Shown: positions 44,207 through 56,276 of the stretch, piece after piece
Layout of the letters: each line of letters opens with the position of its first letter
Position numbering within the stretch: the first letter of the stretch is position 1
Assembly (NCBI RefSeq): GCF_009914755.1
Contig: NC_060925.1
DNA: 64,000 bases
Reading direction: 5' to 3' (one strand)
Source of the DNA: the human T2T-CHM13v2.0 reference genome, Homo sapiens
Notes under the pieces: model-generated
What the model was told of the DNA's origin: nothing
Databases searched by the model: none
Seen by the model: the letters and a program-made list of their open reading frames with translations, nothing else
Made by a program: the position numbers and the translations under genes

Positions 44207-44408
44207 CGTACCTCAGTCTCTCCTCGGAAAAGTGTGTGCATGGGATTGTAATATCGCATCTATGGGAAATGTCAATGTTGACAAAATCTAAAGTTGTACA
44301 AAGGGATGGTGGGAGTTTCTCATTGGAGGTCATAGATTTTGGTGGGTAAGAGTGTTCCAGCCCGTATAACCCCACGTGCACACTTTGCTGAGGAGAGACT
44401 GAGGCACG
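44207..44408. repeat. 44-bp imperfect inverted repeat enclosing copy 2 of the duplication
   Basis: 44207-44250 vs reverse complement of 44365-44408: 36/44 identical, ungapped. Confidence 0.92.
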
Positions 44409-44774
44409 CCAAGGAGTGACTGCACCCAGCGCAGGTTCAGCAGTGGCCAGGACGATAGTCCCCTTCAGGATTTGGAGTGAGGAGAAAAGGATTTATGGGG
44501 CTGACATTTGTTTTCAGACCTAAACCATTCCTGTAAAATTGCAACCTAATTGCTCAGTCTGGCGGTTTCCTCTTCCTGGTAGTGGGTGAATGGAGGTGGG
44601 GGGAGCGTCTCCCCTCTTTTTTGGATAGATGTTAATATTTTGCACTGCTTTTAGCACCTGGGGAAAACCCATTAAACAAACGTTCCCCCCTCCCATTGCT
44701 GCCTGAGGCAGGGGCATGTGACCCACACACCCTACTTTACTCGGAAACAGTGACTTTGCAGCAACCCTAAATCC

Positions 44775-44930
44775 TGCTGTGAGCCCCGCCTGCGCTGGTG
44801 CTGTGTGATAAACTGACACCTCCCCCTTCTTCTCTGTGGAAGACTCTCTTAATGCTGTGAGCCCCGCCTGAGCTGGTGCTGTGTGATAAACTGACACCTC
44901 CCCCTTCATCCCTGTGGAAGACTCTCTTAA
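44775..44930. repeat. Tandem duplication 2 x 78 bp
   Basis: TGCTGTGAGCCCCGCCTG..GACTCTCTTAA at 44775 and 44853. Confidence 0.97.
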
Positions 44931-44964
44931 TAGTGTAGTTTGATTTCAAATTCATTATGAATAG

Positions 44965-45254
<290 letters not shown>

Positions 45255-46904
45255 GAGGGTTTTTTTTTTTAATTTTAAAGAGCTGGATCTATGTGAGCCC
45301 CTCGCGGTGGTGGTTGCTGTAATCCTCCTCAGTGATACGCTCCCGTGCTCAGTTCATCAGAACACTCCTGGGTGCGTGAACTCTTTTGAGGTGTGAATTG
45401 TTGCACTGTAACTCATTCCTCATTACCACGGTATTGCTGACGTGGCATGTAAGATGGGATGTCTTACAGGCCAAGACGGAACCTCCCCTCAGTCCTCCCT
45501 GTGAAGCCAGCCGCTGTGGCCCTTGGTGCCCTCTGAGGAGCCATCTATCCCAGCGGCCCCCAAGGGCTGTGTGGGGGATGCAGGCACAGACTGAATGGGA
45601 TGATTTGTCCCAAATGCAGCTTTTCTTTCCTTCTCTAGAGTTTCTCATCACCAGCTGGGTGGCTGCAGGAAGGGTGTCTGAATCCTTACCAATACCCATG
45701 AGGCCAGGGATGGTCAGGCCCCCAGAAGGCCTCTTAGTACTCTTCTGGCCATCTGGGGCCATCTGTCCTATAGCATAGCCTCTCTGTCACATCGCACTCA
45801 CCATGTGCAGGTACTTCTAAATGCAAGTGCGCTGGAGAATGTGTGTGTGTGTGTGTGTGGTTATGAAGGAAAACAGGACCTTCGCTTGTCGTGGTGTGTA
45901 CAAGGGCAGGCGTGTGTTCTCCGATGTTATATGGATTTTGTGGCCCTGAAGCCGTCAGCCACTTGGAGTTTTGGGGGGCTCTGCCTCTTCCCCGAAGCTC
46001 TGTTCTGTGGAGGCCACAGAGCCCAGCGTCTGCATGGCTGCTTATTAAATTCAGTGGGCCACTTGGGTCTTGTGCACCAGGGATGGAGCCACTGGCTTCT
46101 GGGTTGCCTCTGGAGTTGCTGGCTTTTGGATAGGGAGGTAAGGGAGAAAGTAAAACAGGAATGATCTTAGAGAAGGGACTTTCATAAGGGTGTGTGTGTG
46201 GCGGGGGCGGGGGTGGTTGGGGGGAGGTAGGCTTTCCTTTTTTCCCCCAAGCTAGTCTCTCCTGAGTGTCACAAGAGCCTGAGTGTTGGCTGGGAGGCAT
46301 CTGTCTTCAGGGCCTTCCTTGCTCCAGTCTCCTCTTCTCTTGGAAGTTCCTCTTTCTGCCAGAGCATCAGCTCAGGACAGCCTTCCTAAGCCCCCATCTT
46401 CCTATATGTGGGGTGCCCCGAGCCCCATCCAGGGCACCTGCGCTTTCTGGTTCAGGGACATCTCATGCCTCAGCACTGTTGAGAGCAGCTCAGCCTGGCA
46501 CTTTGTGGATGTTTGAGTCAGTGGAGAGGATTTTCTGGATTATCAGCAATACTTCCACCAGCTCCTTCTTCCTGAAGCCCCCGCGACACTTGTGAAGCAC
46601 ACACCCTGCTTTTACTCAGTGGCCAAATGCCGCCGCTAGCGACGCATCAGTCATTCGGTGTATTTCGGGCTCTCTCATAATTTTATGATGAGTTTGCTGT
46701 TCGTTTGTAGTCTGTTTCTAATCTGGCTCATTAGGAATTAGCAAAACTTGTCTCTTGCTCAAAATAGATTGTGTTGCCAGGATTCAAAGCCAAATTCTGA
46801 CTGCAGATATGCTGCGAATTTTTCTGTTTCTTTAGACTTTTTTCTTTCCTGTCCTATAACCTGTTTGTTAGTGGGGTAGAAAATCCACAAATTTAACTCT
46901 TACT

Positions 46905-47201
46905 ATTTTATTTTTTAGAGATGAGATCTTGCTCTGTCACCCAGGCTAGAATGCAGAGGCGTGATCGTAGCACCCTGAGGCTTCAAACTCCTGGGCTCAA
47001 GTGATCCTCCCTCCTCAGCCTCCTAAGTAGCTGTGACTATAGGTGTTTGCCACCATGTCTGGCTAACTTTTTAATTTTTTTTGTAAAGATGGGGTCTTGC
47101 TGTATTGCCCAGGCTGGTCTTGAGCTTCTGACCTCAAGTGATCTTCCCCTCTCGGCCTACCAAAGTCCTGGTGTTATAGAAGTGAACCACTGCACCTGGC
47201 T
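46905..47201 (-). mobile_element. Alu (J type)
   Basis: TSD CACAAATTTAACTCT on both sides. Confidence 0.96.
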
Positions 47202-48531
47202 CACAAATTTAACTCTTTCAAGAGGAAACAATACACCCAAGGGTCCTTACTTTTTTTCCCCCCAAAATTCTGTCACTTAAAAATAAAAGTTCAGCTTTCG
47301 TTTTAGACTCAGGGTGCATGTGCAGGTTTGTTCATGGGTATTCTGCATGCTGCTGGGGGTTGGCCGAGTGTCCTTCTGCTGTGACTGGTTGACCTGACAC
47401 TGAAAAGGCTGCTGAGTTCTGTTAGTCACTCAGCATCAGTGCATTGGATCTGAAAGGACCACAGGTTGTCCCCAGGCCAAGCTCCTGGCTCCGCAGAGCA
47501 GGCATTGCTTCTGCAGCTTCCTGTGGACAGGCATCACCCGTCTGCTGAAGTACGCTGAACGGGCACAATTGCAGGATTACTGCCTTGAGATCTGCATGAC
47601 CTCCATGTTCTTACTTGTAGAACGTGGAGCCCAAGTCTACCATCCCTGCAGTCCTCTCTTGTCTCTGAAGCTTTGAGTGAGCTGATGCCCATCACTGTGG
47701 AACTTTGTAGTCCTAATACCTCTTGCACATGAAAATCTCTCTGCTATTTGAAGACCTTTCTCATCCCGCCTTCTACTACCATCCATATCTTTCTTCTGTA
47801 AGCTAAACCTCTCTAATTGCCTCACATGATAAGATTTTGAGGGATTTCTTCACCTACCCACAGCGCTGCCGCAGCCAGGCCTCATGATACCTTAGCTCAT
47901 AATAGCCACCGAGTGGCTTGGGAGAAGCACTTAGCATGGGGTCTGGCACTTAGAAAGCACTCACTAGATGCTCGTTTCTGGACACTGCTGGGCACTGGCT
48001 GATGTTAAGGACTCCCTGTGCTCAGCCGGTTGTGAAGGGTTTGGGAGCCTGGTGTTTACCCCCACTGTTGGATGAGGTGCTTCAAGGAACACCAGTTTGA
48101 TACAGAGGCAGTTTGGGGTTTACTAGGGAGTCAGCCAGCGTGAGTCACGTGGTATCAGGAACACCGGGCCCTGGGGACCGACCCCTGTGTCTCCCCTAAG
48201 TAGGATGCTCCCATGCAGGAGCAGAAGGACAAGCAGCCCGGAGCTGCTGCCCGGCTGTGCCCAAAGTGGGATTTCTGCTGATCAAGAGTCTGGAATTTAC
48301 ACTCCAGCAGGTTTGGAAGTCTCGGCGACAGCTCCTGTATGTTCAGTCAAGCTTGGCTGACCATGGCTAAACCACTTTAATGAGTTTATGGGACACCAGC
48401 GAAGCTGCAAACTGGGTCGGGATGAAAGCTGAGTGGGCGGGTGGGGGCTTAAATGGGAAAGCACTGGGAGGGCTGGCCCACACCCGTGACTGCCCTGCGT
48501 CTCATGGGAGCAGAAAGGTGGAGGCTGAGCC

Positions 48532-49270
48532 TGAGACAGGGTAGGAACCCCTCTTAGGAGCCTGTCAGGCACCCTCCAACATAAAAATTTTAAAAATTTA
48601 AGTATTAAAAAAACTAGGCATCTCGCTAGCCTTGAGAAAGAAATCAACAACCTAATAAACAAGATAGCTTAAAACAGTATCTAAAAAGCTAGGCACAAAA
48701 CGTTTGTTTTTTTTTTATAAAAATTAAATACCTTAACATATGTCCCTGAGTCGTTTTTTAGAAACCTGGACCCCCACCAAATAATAAATGCTGTCTGCAG
48801 CACATAGACCTCGGGTAACAGAAAACTGAGGACACAACTCTGACCGCCAGTTTTAATTTCTTTCTGAGAGGCCTGGAGGAAGACACTTCCACAGGCCAGA
48901 TGCTAACATTCATTTCTGCTGATCCCAAATTCCTAGACAAAGCTTTGCTTCCTTAACCAATAGCAAATCAAAAAACCTTTGAATCCACCTTTGACCTGTG
49001 GGCCCTGCTTTGAGACATCCCACCTTTCTAGGTCAATCCCATGTAGAGCTTTCATGTCTTGATTTATGACTTTGCCTGTAACCTCTGCCTCCCCGCCTTT
49101 AAAAACCCTTACCTGTAAGCCATCTGGGAGTTAGGTCTTAAGCACTAGCCACCCAATTCTCCTTGCTTGGCACCCTGCAATTTAAACCTCGCACTGTCTC
49201 GCTGCTATCCTGATGTCAGCGTTTAGCTCCGCTGCACCAGCCAAGTAGACCGAAGTTCGGTTTGGTAACA
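48532..49270 (+). mobile_element. Solo LTR, MER39-like (ERV1)
   Basis: TG...CA termini (TGAGACAG / GGTAACA); perfect 4-bp TSD AGCC; TATA-like TTTAAAA ~49098. Confidence 0.85.
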
Positions 49271-49319
49271 AGCCCTGGAGAGATAAGGCAGGGGCTTGGC
49301 TGGTCCAGGTATGGGGTCC

Positions 49320-49805
49320 TGTTGGAGGCCGAAGAGTGAGGGTCGTGATCAACTCAGTATACCACTGGAGGCTATGTAAGTAAGCAGCGAACTGTTTCTC
49401 ATAAATGCAGAATGTTGGCAAACTGACAAACTGCGTCTGCCACCCAGAAGTGATGCTGAGGGCAGTTATGACCCAGACGCAAGTGTTTCTTATGATTAGG
49501 CATCATTGAAGCCTGTTAGTAACAATATGAACCTGTGATCAATTAAGCAGCTGACCAATCGTTACCTCCTTCCTGCTCTTGTTACCCAATAAATAGGAAG
49601 GGCTGTAGAAGCTTAGGGGGGCTGCCTTTGCTCACTAGAAGCAGGGTGCCTTTTTCCTCTTCTTCTTCTCTCTTCTTCCCCATGCTAGCCTTCCCTTAAA
49701 ATAGTTACTTTTGTTTTTTGTTATTTCTACATTCATCCCTTCAATCAGTCTCGTAATGACGGTCTCAAGTAGCAGTAACAGTAGTAACTGTGGCGGTCAG
49801 CAACA
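49320..49805 (+). mobile_element. Solo LTR, LTR3-like (HERV-K HML-6)
   Basis: TGTTG...CAACA inverted termini; perfect 6-bp TSD GGGTCC (ERVK-type); starts TGTTGGAGGCCGAAGAGTGAGGGTCGTGATCAACTCAGTATACCACTGGAGGC. Confidence 0.88.
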
Positions 49806-50689
49806 GGGTCCTGGGAGTAACTCTCTTCTGATTTGGTTTTCACTGCCCCGAAATAGATAGGGGTAGGGGAGACCAGGACGTCCAGCCTGAGAACTGTTAA
49901 ATCACCCAGATTTCCTAAGGGAAGAACACACCAGACTCCTTTTCTGTCCAGGGGCTTGGTGGCCATCTCTCCAGCTGATACTGGGAGCGTCACAGTGGGA
50001 TGAGGCTGCCTTCCATCACAGCTCCTTGAACCCTGTGAAAGCCCGCAGAGGCTGAGTCCTGCACCCCCTCTAGTTGGGTCTGTCTCTTCCTTTGGTTTTC
50101 CTGCAGGGCCAGGCCTTGCTGAGAATGTGAGATTGGGAGCCATGAGGAAGGGACTGTACTAGAGAGGTGACATGCAGACTGTCTTGGAACTTGCTTGGGA
50201 AGAGGTGGAAGATAGTGGTACATAAATGGAAAAGGTGATCTGTGCATTTCTTGAAGCAGGTACAAACCAGTGGTTGAAAGAATTAAAACAGCCATTTAAA
50301 AAAATGTGACTATTTTGTTGCAAAATAAAGGACTGCTATATTAGTTGTTTCTCTTCTTTCTGAATTCCTGTAAGAATATCCGAGTGTCTATTGTGCTGTG
50401 TTCCTTTTGCCCTGGAATTGTGTTTCTTGAGCGTGGGATGAGAGGGTAACATTCTTCCTCTGTCATCCTCCACCCTATTATAGAACTGATGCATATTAAT
50501 TATAAAAATACAGCCTAGCATAAGGAAGCAGGAAGAAGGAACACATAATTCATGCCGCGTAAGCATCCCCACCACGGTGCCTTCTAGGCTTTATTCTGTT
50601 TGGTTTTTTAATATACTCGTGGTAACAATGTGTTGCAGTTTGGTTTTTTTCCCTGCCTTGAAAGTTTTAACACTATATTGTATTTTTAC

Positions 50690-51988
<1,299 letters not shown>

Positions 51989-53279
51989 TATTTGGTATTT
52001 TTGAGAAGTGCAGCTCTAAGTTGGTTTTATCCCCTTCCCCCAATTCCTAACCAGTTGTTCAGGTGAGACAACCATTTGTTATTTCTTTGGTTTCAGAGAA
52101 GCTGTATCTATCTATCTGTGGTGTATCCCTCTCAAACCTCCCCTCATTCTGGGTTGGGCCCAGGAGGAGGGTATCCAACCCAGACCTGGTGGAGAGGAGC
52201 AGCTTTTTTTAAGGCCAGTAGTGCTCAATATTTATAAACTCCTTCTGTATCAGCTCATGAGACATTTCACAGTTGTACTCTTCGCCTGCTTGGCTGTGTG
52301 ACTGAGAGGAGCTGGGCGTGGGGTGATACAGCAGCGAGCAGGTGAGGTATCGGGGCAAGCCCACCAGCATCTCTCCCGTGTCATCTGCACTTCAGTATTG
52401 GATTCCTCCCCGTGGACCCAGTGCTCAGAAAATCCAAGGCCAGTCTTGGTGCTACCACTTGCTTAGACAAATCACTGAGTTGTCTGTGTCAGCCAGTTTC
52501 TCCGCTGTATTTAAGTATGATCAGTGTGAACTAAAAACCTATTTGGCCTGCCTGTTGTGAGGCTTAAATGAGAGGAAGTATCTGAGAGTGTTTCAAATCA
52601 TCTAAAGCATTGCCCTCACATAATTTCAAAGCAATATTAATGTATTAATTTGAGCCTTTAGGTGCTAAGGGTTGTAAGATGCACCATCATTTTGTCAATT
52701 TTAGATGCATTCCCCATTTCAGAGATGTCGGAACAGGAAAAGCCATGCATCCTGGAATTGGTGTTTGGTCCTGACTCTCATGGGGGGTGAGAAATGGTAG
52801 AGACAGTGTCCTAGACTCGGGGGTGGGGATGCGAGGGGTGTAGAGGAAGACAGTCATGGATACCCATATTTTATTCTCTAATGATACAGAATCTTCATTT
52901 TGGGCCGATTCCTGTGGCTCTATTTTCTCTTTGTAATTCTACTTTGCGATGCATGTTTCAGAAGAGAAACCATTTTCCAGCTTTCTTCATCTCATTTCCG
53001 TTGTGCTAACAGAGAAACTCTGAATTCATCTGAGGTGCTTTTTACTTTTCTTTCGGTGAATTGTCAGGCATGAGCCACAGAAGCCATCCGAATCAGGTTT
53101 CTGTGTGGAAATCACACGGCGGGGAGGTGGAGGCACAAAATGATCTTAATGACATGCACATCTTCCTGCTCCCTTGTGGAGCTGAGTGTGGGGGGCCCTT
53201 TGCAGTCTGGCAGGCTCGGCTCTGGATTTGAATTCAGTCTCTGCCATTTATCACTTGAGGGATCTCAGATGAATGCTCT

Positions 53280-53574
53280 TTCCCTTTCCCTTTCCTTGAG
53301 ACACAGTCTCCCTGTGTCACCCAGGCTGGAGTGCAGTGGTGTGGCAGCCTCGACCTCCTGGGTTCAAGCAATCCTCTTGCTTCACCCTCCTAAGTAGCTG
53401 GGACTACAGGTGTGCACCACCACGCCTGGCTAACTTTTTCATTTTTTTTCTTTTTATAGATGGGGGTCTCACTGTGTTGCCCAGGCTGGTCCTGAACTCC
53501 TGGTCTCAGGCGAGCTCCCCATCTCCGCCTCCCAAAGTGTTAGGATTACAGGCGTGAGCTGCTGTACCTGGCCA
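53280..53574 (-). mobile_element. Alu (J type) inserted into a MIR (53195-53720, +)
   Basis: MIR core resumes CCTTAGTTTTCTCTTCTGTAAAGTGAGGATAA after the Alu. Confidence 0.9.
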
Positions 53575-55807
53575 AGTGCTCTCTTTCTGATCCTTAGTTT
53601 TCTCTTCTGTAAAGTGAGGATAAAAGGATATATTCTGGAGCGTTGTCAGGAGAATTGAATGAGCTGCATGTGTAAGCCCTAGCAGAGTTTCCTGGGTATA
53701 GAGGAGGCACTTAGTCAGCGTCACCTCCTTCCCATCTTCTCAGGAGTTGGAGGGTGACAGAGCAGAGGAAATTTAGGTTTTCACTCTTCTGGGGGTGGGT
53801 CAGGTAACTACGATCGAACCTGCACGCATTGTTTTAGTGCCACGTTGATTGGGTCGCGCCTGATCATTTGCTTCTGGTCTGACTGTCCCAGATCCCCGTC
53901 AGCACATGTCTGGCACCAGCCATCCTCTGATAACCCTGCCATAGAGCTCCAGGAGAGAGTGGGGCCTGTTCCTGGTGGCCTGAGTTGTTGAATTGTACTC
54001 TTTAGACATCGAACCTAATGTTTCAAAACACACATTCATTCGTGAGGCCTGTCTGCCGCGCTTTCTCTCCCGGATGTGAGTTCCAGCACATGCATGCACC
54101 CCCTCACTGCCCCCCATCCAGAGCCACAACCTGCCCTGTCGGAATATGTCCAGCCCTAATGAGGGAGGCGTTGTCTTCAGATCACACACTCCGCAGCGGC
54201 TCTGCTCTGCCGCACCCCTTCAGGAGCGCTGGGTCTGAGAGAGGACTTCAGAAATAACGGGGGCAACGTTCCGCTTTGATGCTATTATTAGAATTTTCCA
54301 AACACCGCTTGTTTGTAGCTTCACAGGGACTTGGAGAGAGGCGAGTGGGAAGAGGTTGCTGCTAGTGCCATTGTACGGGAAGCTCAATGGCATTTATCTG
54401 GTCCAAGGTCATTCAACAAGAACAGGTTGAAATCACCCTCAGACCGAAGAGCCGGCCGTCTGTGCATTTTGCTTTTCCCGCAGTTCAGCCGGGACTCTGC
54501 TTCACGGATGCTTTCACCTCAAGGACAGCGAAGCCAGACACACAGGCCCTGCGTGGTTGGGGGCGAGAGCATTTTTCCATAGTCAGTGGGCTATTCCGAA
54601 GCTAAGAGACCGTTTCCTTGAACCAAAAGGCTGATTCTTTCCTGCTGGAGCTCCTGTTTTCATACTCATTTCCCTGGGGAGTGGAGCTGAGGCGTGTGGA
54701 CTGTTCCCACCCCCGCCTGCACCCAATAAGCTTTGGGGGAGCCAAATAGTGCTTTTCATTGGAGCCTGAGTGGATGCAGGGAGGCACACATGCTTCATAG
54801 AAGGGAATCAGTGATCTGTCCCGCTGCTCTGGGGCTCCAGCATGGAGCTTCACGTAGGCTGGGGTGGGGTTGGTTCTGTGTGACAGCCTGCACAGAGGTG
54901 GTGGATATGGCCGAAGCCACTTCTGCTTCATGCTGTGTTTGGGCCAGATGTCCTTGGTGGCTGGGAGGGTCTGCTGTGGAGGTGCCCATGGTCAGAGAGC
55001 CTGCAGGCTGCAGTGGCTGACCTCTCCCCTCCCCACCTGGCTTTGCTGAGAGGGTGCTTGCTGGGTGTTCTCAGCTGGGCAGCCAGCCGAGGCTGTCACA
55101 GTGACAAGGGAGGAATTATTTTCTCTTCAAGGGGTGGATGTGAATTACTTAATTATTTGCAGAAGTTTCATTGCTTTTTACTTACATTCTCCTGATTCCT
55201 CCCCAGTGGAAGCATCAAGACCCCACTGCAACAGGCTCGTCAGCATCTTGTCACAGCTGTGGATGTTTGCCAGGCTTTCTGGACGAGTCCAGCTCTAGAT
55301 TGCAACCTGGTTTAGCTACACACGTTGAAAAGGAGAAGAAAAAAGTAGAGATAAGATAGGATTTGGCTCAGGATTGATGTTGTATAGGGTTTGACTTTTA
55401 TTATCTTTCACTCTTGAAAAGTGAAATATATTCTCCTTTGATTTCTGTTGACGTTGTTGGAAATAGAGATTTCCTTCAAGTCTTTAAACAGCATTATTAT
55501 CGTTTCCTAGGTTCTTAGTTTTGATTTGTTTTACAAGCAGTAGTGCTTCATTCTAATCCTCCTGCATCCATTTTACCTTTTTCTCCTTGGAATTTGTTCA
55601 GTGATGACTTAATAGAAAAAACACCTTGCATGTCGTTGCGTGCGTCTTTTCCAGACCTCTGTCTGTGGCCTCTTCTCCTTTCATCTGCCATTGCCCAAGC
55701 GTTACTGGAAAGGGGTCCTCATCCAGACCCCAAAGGACGGTTCTTGGATCTTGCACAAGAAAGAATTCAGGGTGAGTCCATGGAGTAAAGTGAAAGCGAG
55801 TTTATTA

Positions 55808-56209
<402 letters not shown>

Positions 56210-56267
56210 TCATATGCTAAATAAGAGGTAGGCTTTTTATGAGTTTCGTGGGAAAGGGGCAGGGATT

Positions 56268-56276
56268 TTCCTGGAA
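56268..56276. promoter_or_regulatory. GAS (STAT) motif TTCCTGGAA within MER41
   Basis: Exact TTC-N3-GAA in the MER41 segment known to carry tandem GAS sites; function untested. Confidence 0.6.
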
